From Utricularia gibba (taxonomy: Eukaryota; Plantae; Magnoliophyta), in contig NEEC01000004.1 of NCBI GenBank assembly GCA_002189035.1, forward strand, positions 3,844,001 to 3,908,000: DNA of 64,000 bases, in the 5' to 3' direction. Numbering within the stretch: the first letter of the stretch is position 1; every line of letters starts with the position of its first letter. Below are positions 12,359 through 25,138 of this stretch, piece by piece. The translations under genes were made by a program, and so were the position numbers. The notes beneath the pieces were generated by a model, which was given only the letters and a program-made list of their open reading frames with translations, was not told the DNA's origin and searched no databases.

Positions 12359-14104
12359 TTAACTCATGTTCCAAATCAATTTTATGAGTTCAAATAGAAA
12401 GACATACTCTATTGATGTTAACTAACATTTATCCAATTATTTGCTTGTGCTCTTGGAACATCGCTTTGAGTTTCTCCACCTATTCCATGATTAATGAATA
12501 TGCAATAATAAAAGAAAAGTCATCAGAATCATCAATGAATACATATTTCAAATGTTTGAGCAAAGAAAAACCATCATAATCGCATAAGTTCTTGATCAAT
12601 TTGGCATATTTGAGAATCTATTTGATCATATTTAGGAGAAGTGCAAATTATGGTTATAAGATGTGTAAGATGTCATTGCATGGTGTGCGGGATGTAAGTT
12701 GGTGCAAGTTGTATAAGGTGTAATTATAGTTTTATAGGGCTTTATTAAATGTTATGAAATGATATAAAATGTATAATTTATATATTATCTTATTTTTAAA
12801 ATATCAATTCATTTATATTTTTCCTATTTTATAAATAGAATTCTTCTCTCTCCTGTATTTATCAATTCCATCGTGAATTGGTCACAAAGCCCTATTTGTC
12901 AAAGCAAATTGGGCCCTCCGCCAAGCACGAAGCCCAAAGAACGATGCCACGGTATCCATTACACGACAAAGTCTAAAGTTGCGTACACAATAAAAAATCG
13001 TCCTCCCTGAAAGGGCACCATCCAAATTGCGGCATGACCTGTTCAAATATTCATCAGGCATCCAAAAGGCCCCCCGCTCCAGAATATTCAAATTATTCGA
13101 CTGCACTTCCTTATCGGCTGAAAAGTATCAGCCACAATGCAAAGCCAAGCGGCTGCTCGGTCACAGTTTTCCGGTGACGTTTCTTACCTAAAACAACCCT
13201 TTTGAGTTTCTTATTCCACCATCCCTACAGGAACCGGATCAATCCCCAAACAAAAAAAAAAAAAAAAGGAAAAGAAGAAGGAATTGCATGTGCCAAGAAA
13301 GTGAATTTTTGTCAAGTTGCATTTAATGTGAAGGGTCGGTTCATCCAGAGTTCGTCAAGCATTAGGTGTTGCGTTTTTAAGATGACAACCATCCTTTTCA
13401 AGTCCGTTGAAGCTACGATCATCCATTCCCACTACTTATAACACATGATCATCGCAATTATTCACACTACTAGAATCCATCTCATGATCGGTTTTGGTTA
13501 ACGAAACCCCGACATGGTATGCACAATATAACTTGAATCTTCCCTTCTCCCCAAGAGATCCAATCCAATGTTAGAACAAACAATACTTGATTGGATTTAA
13601 TCTTTTTTAATTTAATCTATATTTCTTATATAATTTAATTTTACTTATGATCCGTTATAGCTATTCATCATTTCAATACCCTAAAGTTTTAGGTACCGAG
13701 TAGCGGCGTCCGCGCAAGCCGGCCGGGTCAAGGGTCAGCATACTCCGCGCGCGCTGCGGAGCTTGCGGACACTGGGTTGAGGGTACAACCGTAATTTCTC
13801 GCACCCCACCCACATGCTATTTTTGGATTAGTTTATTATTTGATGGCCGGCCCGCGGTCTCCAAAACGGAGTGGGAATTCGCTCTGATATTTACGGCGAA
13901 AGCGTGTTCTTGCAACGACAGTTGTTTATTACTGGTTTTGACTTTCCTCGAAGTCAGCGCCACGTAGGCAAACCTCGTTGTCTAGTTGTGAGAGGACTTC
14001 CCCGTTGCCCTCCATTTATATAGACCTCCCCTTTCAATACTTCTCAACAACTACCGAAGAAGGCGACGGAGGAAAGGAAGGGAGTCACTCTGTGGGATCT
14101 TTCT

Positions 14105-15225
14105 ATGGCTCAGTTTGCAGAAGATTTTGGAGATTGGGGTCTGGAAGCTATAATCCGAGGATGGAACTGCGATGCCCAAACAAGAGGCGACGGTAACGAC
14201 GCCTACAACGAAGATCTGCGCTTTCAGGAGAGCTTCCCTGGGATTTTTGAGGTCTCCAATCAGGAGCTGGAGGATCTCTACAAGCCCTTTTACCCTCATC
14301 CTCTTCCATCCAGCACGCTTCTTGATTTTCAGGAGCGGAGGAATCCGGAGGAGGAGGAGGAGGAGAAACATGATAATTTCTCCGGGGATGATCATTCGTC
14401 CGGAAGTAGTTCAAGTGGTAGAGTTGGTTACAAGCCCAAATACAAAAAAAGGTTTGTCTCATACTCAAAAAAAGAATCAATTGTCTTGAAAGCACCAGTG
14501 TTTTGGTTGAAATGATTTTATTCATAAACTGCGTAGACAACTGGCTCGATAGATTGCTTATGATAAGTTGCATAAAAGGAGCTGCATCTTGTCTTCTTTG
14601 GCTGAAGGAGTGGTATCTTGTGTGCAGGAAGAGTCATCAGAAGAGAGTTGTGGTTCACGTTTCTGCCGACGAATTGACTTCTGATATGTGGGCATGGAGG
14701 AAATACGGCCAAAAACCTATCAAGGGATCTCCCTATCCAAGGTTGGTGCCTCAGCCTTTGAGATTCTCTCATAAAATTAGGCCTCGTGTGCCTGAATTTC
14801 AACCAATATCTTCCACAGTTTGTCTAAACTAACTGGAATCTCGTCACATGATCCACAGGAGCTATTACAGATGCAGTAGTTCAAAGGGGTGTCTGGCAAG
14901 GAAACAAGTGGAGCAAAGCTGCACCGATCCCAGAAAATTCATAATCACCTACACGGCGGAGCACAGCCACAGCAAGCCGACGAAGCGGAATTCGTTAGCC
15001 GGAACCGTGAGGCAAAAGTTTCCGGTGTCGAAGAGAAGCTTAGAAGAGCACACGAGTGCTTCAGTGCCTGATGTTGCAGGAGGTGTCAAGGAAGAGAAAC
15101 AGTCACCTGGGGAAGAAGCATGTGTTAAGAAGGAGGCAGTAGAGGATTACGAGATGTCTGAATTCCTCTTGAACGACGATTTCTTCGCCGGATTGGAAGA
15201 ATTTGATGAGTTTTTCAGATTCTAG
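14105..15225 (+). CDS. WRKY: WRKY transcription factor, group IIe (WRKY22/27/29-like), 275 aa, 3 exons
   Basis: Exons 14105-14451, 14628-14741, 14859-15225 with GT-AG introns and in-frame joins. WRKYGQK heptapeptide, C-X5-C-X23-H-X-H finger (CSSSKGC...HSH), N-terminal DWGLEAIIR and RNSLAG motifs. Confidence 0.95.
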
Positions 15226-15841
15226 ATTGCTTCACCACACCAGGAAATCATGCCCATAGTTCTTCAGTTCTCATTCACATTGTTCGTTTGTATTGAAAAA
15301 CATTAATTTTGTGTTTCTTGATATTAAATGTTAAATATGGACTGATATTCCAAAAAACCTTCTTAAACAAGATAGTAATTCATGAGATGAAAAGCAATTC
15401 GATTTTTTAAAAAATAGAAATTAAGGTATTGTAGTTTTTTAAAAATAAAAAATGTTTTAAAGAAATATTTGATAATTTATTGAGAAAAGTTTTTTAAATT
15501 TTTCTGATAATAAAATTATTTTTAAAAATTTATTGAAAACCTCCTAACAGCCTAAATTGCGGCGGAGCTCCGGGGAGGCCGGAACGGGGACCCTAGCGGC
15601 GGCGTCCGTGATCCAGGTTTCTTCACTTGAGTTGGAATGAAAAGAAATAATGGATTTCAAGGTCTTGATTTTGTTAATTTTTCAGGGTGGTTTCGTCTTC
15701 CTTGAAGATATTCTCGGTTTTCCGGTTGTGGGTTTGTGTCTTGCTATCATCCATTTTCGTTGCAAAATTTCAGCACTTCTTCCCAAGCTGCTGCAGAGTA
15801 TTGCATAGTCCTAGACTCAGAGCTCTTGCGATGAAAATTTG

Positions 15842-17519
15842 ATGCATAGAGGAGTTTCGAGAATGGGGATCCAGGGCTGTTGCAGAGCATTCTTCCAGTC
15901 TTCGGCATATCTGAATCCTAGTCAACTCCCTTCTCCCATGTACATTTCCCTACTGGTCGTGTACCTCCCCTGAAAAAAGTGATCACACGTCATAAGTATA
16001 ATCCCTTTTTTGCGCATTCATTTTGACATAGGGAAACTCATCTGTGGTATGTAAAACCCGGTGAAGTGAAATGTGAATCATTGATGAAGCATTATTTTGA
16101 TATTTTATCGCCATGCGAGAGGGTGAAGGTGCTGGAAATCATGGATGAAGAGCTGAGGAGAAGTGCTTTGCTTTCACGCGTCCTTGCTCGTACCACGATT
16201 TCCAGATGTATATCATGATCTTTCCTTTCGCTGCTCTTAGTGTTCCTCGGCTGCACTTTCCACTTTAATATTTGTACATCTGTATGCCTAGATGGACACT
16301 CTATTATTTTGTGAAGAAGATAATTTTATAGTTTCATGTCTCCTTTTTAGTTGAAAAGATGGCACCTTTTTGGCCTCATGTTGTGGACCTTGCCCTTACA
16401 GTCATACATTGTCGTGGTAGATTGGAGCAACTCACCGATTGATCCCAGGACATTGAAGTTCCAGAAGAACATGTATGGAAAGCCTGAGGTTAATATCATA
16501 ATGCATATATCCCTTCTTTTTTCCCAGGATTATTTTCCTTCCATGCTCAAAATATGATGACAGGTTGATTGGGGATGCACTAATGATTCCAAGCCCCTGT
16601 ATTTCAACATCTCACACACCTCTTCCTTGGTAGCATGTGCAATTAGCTCCTCTTCCCAGGTTAGTAATCTGAATATTCATGTCGAGAGTTTTTTCCCTGA
16701 TGTGTCCTTTTTTCTATTATAGTACTCTTTTACTCAGTTGAATGCTCCTTATGTGCAGATAGGTGTAGATGTGGAAGAAAAAAAAAGGAGAATTGTGCAT
16801 AATATTTTATCTTTTGCAAAGCGTTATTTTACCCATCATGAAGTTCAATTCCTGGCGTCTATTACTGATCCTCATGTTCAGAGGTTGGAATTTCTCAAAC
16901 TATGGACTCTCAAGGTATTTTCTTCCTCTATGTCTAGTAAGTTCATGCGGCATTATGGGTTTTTGAGTTCAAAAGAATTATCTGGCTCTTAATTATCATC
17001 ATCAGGAGTCATATGTCAAAGCAATAGGAAAAGGATTTTCTGGTGCACCTTTCAAAACATTTGACATTAGTTTTAAAAACAAAGAAGGAAGCTTGCCTAC
17101 ACAGGAGAATGTAAGCGATAAGATATTTTTAGATTTTGCTTCTATTTTCTCCCTGATTATGAATAATGATTCTTATCAGTTCTCCCATTGCTTGGTAAAC
17201 TGATATTACACAGGTATTGGAAGTGGTCATCAACTCTCTCGAGAATTCTGCCGGCACCCCTTTGAATTGGCAATTTGTGCTCTTGGAATTGGAAAAATCA
17301 TATTTTGCTGCGATTTGCACCGAGAGACAAAGTGCCTCCAATGGTATGATCTATTCTCCAAGTTGCTGTGCATGCAGGTTGTTATACGGATGCTTCTGTT
17401 TCCCTTTAGGCAGAGGCATCAGCCCCACGAAGCTCAAGGTTTGGAGGACACTTCCATATGTAAGAGATGAATTTGTCTCTGAGACAGATGCAGTTACATT
17501 TATCTGTGGATTGAGGTGA
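15842..17519 (+). CDS. Sfp-type 4'-phosphopantetheinyl transferase (AASDHPPT-like), 312 aa, 8 exons
   Basis: Exons 15842-15939, 16032-16207, 16421-16488, 16564-16659, 16759-16914, 17006-17110, 17214-17343, 17410-17519 (939 nt, in frame). Motifs YGKPE, FNISHT, IGVDVE, LWTLKESYVKAIGKG. The start could instead be ATG 15863. Confidence 0.92.
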
Positions 17520-17790
17520 AGTGGTTGTTGCTCAGCACCTCGCATCCCTCGTGCCAAGTTACAACCTGATATAATGAACTGGATTATTTAGTCAAATCTA
17601 AACTATAAAAGAAGCCTTGTATTTTTATTTTACATCAAAACTTCATGCTTTGTTGCAATAGCCTAATCTGTGCTTTCCAAAATCACAGACTAGTGTTCGA
17701 TCTTTTCTTCTACATTACAGAAGAACCCAAAACGGTTGGACTACACCCATCATCCGGAAAAACGCCACCCTGGAAGCAATGAAAGGCATG

Positions 17791-20700
17791 CTATCCGCCT
17801 GAGGCCGGATTATAGGCCGAACCCGGTAGTCTCATGGCGGCAGCAGTGTCAGACTGTTGTGCAGGTGAGAGATAACCACCACTACCATTGGCTGGTGTCG
17901 TGGAGAAGGCCCGTGCTGTCGGTGAGAAAGGTCTCGCAGCTTGTGTTTGTTGCATTTCCGGGTTGACAAACTGGTGATACATGTCAGCTTTTGCCTTTCC
18001 TGTTAAGGCTCCACGCATTCTCGAAGCTGGCTGCCAGTTCCCATCCATGGTACCAGAAGCATTGCTGTTCGGGGCTCCATCATTGATCCTCCGATCAATC
18101 ACTGGTTGCATCCTAAAGTTCAAGGTTGCTTGTTCAATCGTTGATGGATTAGAACCCATCACCGGATTTTGCATTGCAACAGGGGATTGTGAGAGACTGG
18201 TTGATGGCTGCAAGTGTGGAGCTGGTCTCAGTGACGGATTACCGGGGTGCTGGAATCACTAATGGCTGGCTTGGCCTATGCCGGACCGCGGTGCTGGTTG
18301 ATGGCCTCAAGTGTGGAGCTGGTCTCAGAGATGGATTCCCTGAATGAGGATGCGCTCGAGGCATTGATGGCTGGCTTGACCACTGTTGATCTGCAGTACT
18401 GATTGATAGCCTCAAGTGTGGAGCTGGTCTCAGAGATGGATTCCCCGCACGAGGAAGTGCCGGAGTCATTGGTGGCTGAGTTGACCACTGTTTCTCTCCA
18501 GTGTTGGTTAATGGCTGCAAATGTGGAGCTGGTCTCAGAGATGGACTCCCTGCATGAGAACGTGCCGGAGTCATTGATGGCTGGCTTAACCTCTGTCCTG
18601 CAGTGCTGGTTGATCGCTGCAAGTGTGGAGCTGGTCTGAGATGCGAATTCCCTGCATGAGGACGTGCCGGAGTCACTGATGTCTGAGTTGACAACTGTTC
18701 TGCAGTATGGCGATTGAGGCCAATGCTCTGCTGAGACTGGATCACCGGTGGTGGTGTTGCCTGGATGTATATTCAATAAGAGATTCTTAAACGCCAAAGC
18801 AATGGACAGCTATAAAAATTTATTGAAATGATTGGCAAGTTTACCTGTGATCCAGAATAGGGAGGCCGTGATCCCCAAGAAATACGATGTGAGTCTACAT
18901 TCACCAGTGAATTGCTGATCGTTGGCTGAGAAAGTGGTGCCTGGGAGCCAACAGACGGAACATAAGCCCTCCACCTCTGTTGTGAGACCGAGGCTGGGAT
19001 TTGGGCAGGAAGCGGCTGGACTGTAACCGGCGTTCTTGTCACATTTTGAGGAATTGGTGAAAATCTTCTGCCCTCATTCATCGTGGTTGCGCTCCCAAGA
19101 TTACTTTGCTGCAACTGTGAAGTGGTAGATAGATTCACCGGCGCAGGGTCGCTTGTAAGATCACCGGCATGTGGAGCACCAGCCAGGGTATCTACCATAA
19201 AAGAATCCAACATCGGAAGGACTGGCACAGAATTGGTTTCAGCGACGGAAGCATGAGCGTTGTAGTCAACTGATGAAGTCATTGTACCCTGGCTCAAGGT
19301 AGACAGAAAAAGTGTAGACCAATAGCTATCATCATACTTATCATGACCTTGATGTTGGCTAGCAGCTGGAGGATGCTTGCCACACACAGGTACGTCATCT
19401 ATGCTATCCAGATCTACTACCTCCATAGGTTGAGGCGATTCGACCTTGCCAGGTTCAGAGGTCTTATTTTCCGGCTTCTGGATTGCCTCATCACTCTTCA
19501 CAACAGGACTCCATGATCCATCTGAGGAAATGATTATTTCAGAAACTGTTGATCCCACCTGCTTCAAAATCTGAGGAAATACAACATTAATGTTCCAACA
19601 CAACGGCATGTAGTGGCATAGTATAACAATGACACAACGGAAGCATGATCATAAGCACAAACTGAACAACATGCTAATTTCAATGTCTTCTTCTACTTAA
19701 TTCAGTTTATTTCATGGAAGTTGAGACATGAATTGCATGGCACGACACAAACTGCTAAGGGACAAAAATTCTTTCTTGGATTCCACAAACAAGAAAAAGG
19801 CACACGCCCTAAACATAGAATAATAGTATTACAGCACTACTTGCCTCGACCATTTTCTTGTCAACACGAATATCCGTGAAGCAGACAGACTGATTACAAT
19901 GTGGGCAGCGCCAGGAGGGTCTTCTGGAGTTCATGTCAATAAAATTGGCATAATCGAAACACTGTAAAGCAATCACTAAAGAGATCATGATAGTCATATT
20001 TTTTTTATAAAAAAAAGGGAATTCGTAGCAAAACTATTTCATACAGTTAAATGTTTGCATAAATGGCCTTTCACTGGAGTTTTGATGCGCTTGAAGCTGT
20101 TAAGACAGAGAAAAACGTACTGGGGATCAAGTTGCCCAACCAAATACGAAGGCATATAATGACACACTCAAGATATATAAAAGGGAACTAGAGAGGATGA
20201 CCTAATCGGACAATTTATTGACACCTGAGAGGGGCCCTCGATAACTTCAGAATCTGATGGAAAAATCATAAAACAGAAAGACATCAGAATGAAGAAAAGG
20301 TGGATGAATTGGATCATTGGGTGGATATAAACAAGACAAAATTTGTGCTAAGAACACCTGCATCCACAGTTGCAGGAGGGAGCTGCTCATAATCTTTTAG
20401 GTCGGTGCCACGAGGATATGGCATCTCAATTGTGTGGGCTATTGCTATAATGTAATTACCTACAAAACAATAAAATTCAACGAAGTAAGAATACCTGAAA
20501 TTGAGATCACATACCAAAACATGTAAACCATACCATCAAATTCACCTACAGCCTGAAGAAGATTTGAACCAAATCTCAGAAAATGATTAACCAGTGTAGG
20601 CATTTGTGGTCCAGGATCCTAGAATGATAGTTACAAACCAAATTACGAAAGCAAAGCTCTGCATCGAAATTTCAGAAAATAATCAGCTACGCACCAAAAA

Positions 20701-23492
20701 AGCAATGGTCCTATTCTGCACTCCTTGCCCATTCAAGAGAAAGCTGCAGGATAGATTACAAACTTTAAGTGAAAATGCATGATCACTACATCAAAACTTA
20801 AAATCAGAGTTTCCCCTTTTCTCACGGTTGTTATAATTTTCCCAGAGGGTTTGAGCTTACTTTACTTTGGGAGGACTGATCAGGCAGCCAGATGTCTCCA
20901 TATTGTCTTTTTTCACCACAAATAAGCTCTGAAAATATAGTATTCGTTAACAAATACAAAATAGATCCAGAATTCTGAAAAAACACCCATCTATTTTCAG
21001 ACTCAATCTGCAGGAAGATTTTATCACAGTAGGCAATGATACGATTTTAATAATTAAAAAAAAAAACCGGCTACCATTATTCTTACCATTTTACTAGCAT
21101 GAGAAGCCTTCACATCCTTTTCAACCAAGAAGTCAATCAAATGTGCATCAAATCCAGCCTACATTATAAATACCGTCTTAAGAAAACATGAAACCAAAAA
21201 AAGCATCACTAATAATGGGATAAAAATACCTGGACTTCCAAATAAGCATACATACGCTGTATCTTCATTTTTGGAAAGAACCTGGATACATCGTACAGAT
21301 AAAAAAGTCAAGTTAATTAATAACCATTAGAAAGCCTACAAAAAATAACAAACAGTGCATAAAAAGAGGAGGACGAGATAAAGTTTCAAACAACCAAACG
21401 TTAGCACTACAATATTACTCAGATAAAATTTTGTTTTGTTAAAAATACTCTCACGAAGCATGTGAAGAAGTACTCTAAACTCATACCTAGATATCACTGT
21501 TGCGATAGTTGTATCTGGCTGACAAGGCACACAATTAAAACCAGGAATAGTGCCAAACTCTTCTGCAACCTGTATCAAAAGACACATCCCTCATGCTCAG
21601 CTGCAAGATAGATCATTAGCAAGAAAAAATAATAATAACAATGAATCTTTAATAAACCTCTGATGCTAGGCTCATGAGTTCTTTGGAGTCGCTTTCAGGA
21701 AACCAAGCCTTCTGACAAGCATTCTACAAAGCATATAAGAGGTTCAACCTGAGAGTAACACAAAGAGAAGCAAACGACCTGCACTCTTCTATTATGCATT
21801 GAACGACAAACTACAGACTTCTATTGAGACACCAAAATACTCATCAGGGAAAATGTACTTGAGGGCTAATATGATATTGAAAGTGCAGAATTGTAGTTTA
21901 AAATGCATGACATCTCCCGCCTTCATTTTAATAGATACCCCCATAATTCATATTCAAATAATTAGAGCATGAGAATTTTAAAAATAGGAAAACTTTTATC
22001 AGGGATTATCTGCATGGAGATAACAACGAGCTCCCAGACTTATGTCATAAGCACACTGTGATCGCTTTAGCTTAGTCTCAGTGTCTGTAAATTTAGTTAT
22101 ATAGATTGTGTTTGTAATTAAGGCTTGTTATGTGGGGACAAAAAACAGCCAGCAAGTCATGTCAAAATCTTCATTTTACGAACCATAGAGTATTGAACCA
22201 GAAACAAGAACGTAAAGCATGTTCCCTATCATTCAATATACCTTCACTGAGAACATCAGTACCATAATAGCACTTTGGAGGCGAGGATCACTTTTGATTT
22301 GAAAAACCTACCCACATAAACATTTAAAGGAGAAAAAATTAGAAAGAATATAATCATCTGTTTTTACGAAGACTAAAGCTGTGAAACATCAAAAAGTGCT
22401 TATGATGGGTATCTGTATTAGTTCAACTCTATTTGAGCCTCATTATGACATTTTTCTGTTATATATCATCGCAACTCCTATGTCCACCATACGTCTGTTA
22501 AAAGCATGCTTTAAAGTATGGTACATTTGCGTTCTCAAAACTTTCTTAGATCTCTTGCTGAGAAGCCTTCCATTGAGAATCTCAAGCACCAAAAATATCC
22601 AGTATAATGTTCTTAATTTAAAAGTATTAAGAACATTTCCTCAGTCAAATAAATAGAGAAGGAAACTTTGAAAACATAATTTTTTTCACCTGTTTCAATA
22701 AGGAAAGCAGTTCTAGTGGTCTAGTTGGGCGATCGTGATGTGCAAGTGCAAAGTCAACACCACTGAAAAATCACCAAAAACGGATAAAGAAGGACAAATC
22801 AGTAACAAAGATGATGGGAAGGAGGAATAAAAAACGTCTCAACTAATCCATCATGAAAACGCATGTATATTCAATTAACCAAGGATCCCTGGAAAATTTT
22901 AAAAAATTAGCAAGAGCGAACTTTTGGCACCACCAAAAGGAAAACTAAACACTTTTTCAGGGGCACTATGAAAAATTGTAACATGCTTCATTCAAGAAAT
23001 TCCACTGAGAGCAAGATTAGAAAGAAAAATGAACTCCTCTGAAGACAACACTGCGGCCTAATGTTACCCATCAAGGGAGCCACCTTATATTCATTCCTTA
23101 ATACTCTGCCTACTAAATGGGTGGGATAAAAACATACAAAAATTTGCAAAAACAGGCGTAGAATCGCTCTTGTATAGTGGCTACCCATGACACCCTGCAC
23201 AAACGTGCACCACCCACCAAACACAAAAAACTGATTGCAGGAATCTGGCGGCATCCCACTAAATCAGCGAAAATACCCCAGTGGGAGAGTACCGTGACAG
23301 GGAAAGGCAGAGATCGTAGAACTGGGTGTTGTTCATTTTTGTTGGTGCTGAAAGCAGAGCGGTGAGAGCGCCGGTAACGGCGGAAATGCGAAAAGCGTTC
23401 ACCTGCGACTGCGTAAAACCACCGTGCACGGCACCCGCTCCATAGAAAGCGTTTCCCTGCTGCGCAACCCCATTGGCAGCAGTACTCTCCAT
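17791..23492 (-). CDS. PIAL: E4 SUMO-protein ligase PIAL1/PIAL2-like (SP-RING/zf-MIZ), multi-exon; last exon frame-disrupted as sequenced
   Basis: First exon MESTAANG...VNAFRISAV...FYDLCLSLSR (ATG 23492). SP-RING CFDYANFIDMNSRRPSWRCPHCNQSVCFTDIRVD near 19840-19980, large exon 18845-19570 (DGSW, VVDL SIM-like), C-terminal WQPASRMRGALTG. Middle exons were not fully resolved. Confidence 0.85.
18190..18720 (-). repeat. Coding tandem repeat, about five units of 102-105 bp (about 35 aa), in the PIAL last exon
   Basis: The anchor GTGTGGAGCTGGTCTCAG (or a 1-2 base variant) recurs at 18214, 18311, 18416, 18521 and 18623 (spacings 97, 105, 105, 102). Confidence 0.95.
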
Positions 23493-23579
23493 TTTCAAAA
23501 CTCCTTGTGGCGGTGATGCTTCAACATTCGAGTCCGCCGCTGGAAATCGATGTTTAATTGCAGAAACTTGGCTAAATAT

Positions 23580-23830
23580 TGAGGTCTGCCGACATGGAGT
23601 ATAACGGCCACGTCTACGTCACGTATCTGCTTTGAGGGGTTCATAGACCAATTTCTCTAATTATGCTGAAAATAGAAAGTAGACCTGACAAAAAATTAGC
23701 CCACCAGTTTAGAGGCCCATGAAAAAAGCCCACAAGTTGGCCTAGAGGAAAGAAAAAGCGGGTCCAGCGGTAACCGGAAAAACGGAAGGGGCGGAGCCGC
23801 GACGACGGCACATGATCAGCCTGGGAAGGA
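23580..23830. promoter_or_regulatory. Short divergent promoter between PIAL and the EMB2752-like gene
   Basis: Clustered site-II-like AGCCCA/GGCCCA motifs (23699-23735) and ACGT cores (23610-23627), between head-to-head transcription units. Confidence 0.55.
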
Positions 23831-24729
23831 ACACTCAAAATTGAGAAGGGGGGCAGCTGCTGGAGCTGAGAGATCCAACGGGAACACTAGAAGCGGCAGC
23901 TGCAAAATCTGGGAAGGTAAAGACGGCCTGCGAACGGAAACAGACCATCAGTGAGTCGGATTGGAATATCGGCGGCGACTAAATCCTTCTGGGGGAAACG
24001 TTGGTGTGAACGAAATATACAAATATCCAGGTTGGCTTTTCAGAAAAACTTGCATTTCTTCAGCCTTTTTTTTAATTAATGTCGTACTTTTTCGGTGGAC
24101 GTTTATCAATTCAACTTCTGTTTACGGTCTCTTGTTATGTATTGTATGAATTTATGCTCCGATTTGCAGAAACTCTCGGGCGATCTTCTATCGTGAATTT
24201 CACTGTTGATGTCAAACACTAATTTGATCTGATAGCTACCCGCTGCTTATTGAAAGCTCACTGGATTGAATGTCTTAATGAACTGGACATATATTACTCT
24301 TCTGAAAAACCACTTTATCCAATATCATTCTGCATCCCATGCACAATGCTCTCCAAATCCAGCACCCTTCACGTCTGAGTTTGCATTACTGATATGCTGA
24401 TCCTTTGCATCACTGATATGCCGATACTTTGCAAGTGTTTCAGATTGCATTTCATGCTAATGTTGTTGAAATGTTGGAAGTGTAGCTTCATGCTGTTTCG
24501 CTTGTTAGGCTGGAGATATTTTGCATTTATGCTACACCCCTCTGTCTGGTGGGGTCTTAAATTTCATGCACAATTTCGAAATTCATCACCTATCGCACCT
24601 GAGTTTACATTATTTCCTTGCTTGAACTCCTTTGTAAATCCTGATTATGAACACTGGTGACTAGTTGCTTGTCTTTGAAACGTTGGTGTGACAGTTCACC
24701 TAGCTGCTTTGCTTATTGTAACTGGACTG

Positions 24730-25138
24730 ATGACAAGCTATGTTTGGAGGAAATATGTGGAGTATCTGCAATCTAAGAGGGAGAGGAACCTTCTGTGGGA
24801 TATGATTCAGCCATACAGGCGACCTAAATCTTTCACTACCCTGGTTGCAATTTACGTGTGCGCCTTCTACACAGGAGTTTTCGGGGCTGCTATCACCGAG
24901 CAGCTCTACAAGGTAGTGAACCTTGCCTTTTGCTGCCTATGAAAAGAGCCCCTCAGTCTCCATTAATGTTTGCACCAATTAATCTCCCCTTCAATGTTAG
25001 GAGAAGTACTGGGAAGAGCATCCGGGGCATGAGGTTCCCCTAATGATGCCAATGTTTTATGGCGGACCCTGGAGGGTTATGAGGGGTGAGGTACCTCGGT
25101 TCATCAAGGAGCCATCTCAGCAGCCTTCAGATAGTTGA
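24730..25138 (+). CDS. EMB2752: EMB2752-like small membrane protein, 106 aa, 2 coding exons
   Basis: Exons 24730-24912 and 25001-25138 encode MTSYVWRKYVEY...PYRRPKSFTTLVAIYVCAFYTGVFGAAITEQLYK/EKYWEEHPG..VPLM.PMFYGGPWRV, which matches my recollection of Arabidopsis EMB2752. Probable 5'-UTR intron from about 23918. Confidence 0.75.

Noticed and set aside
14051-14573. Antisense and alternate-frame ORFs over the WRKY first exon
   Set aside because: Shadow ORFs of a GA-rich coding exon; no independent protein features.
18190-18720. Regular repeats resembling a CRISPR array
   Set aside because: The units are wholly homologous (no unique spacers), lie inside a eukaryotic exon, and there are no cas genes.
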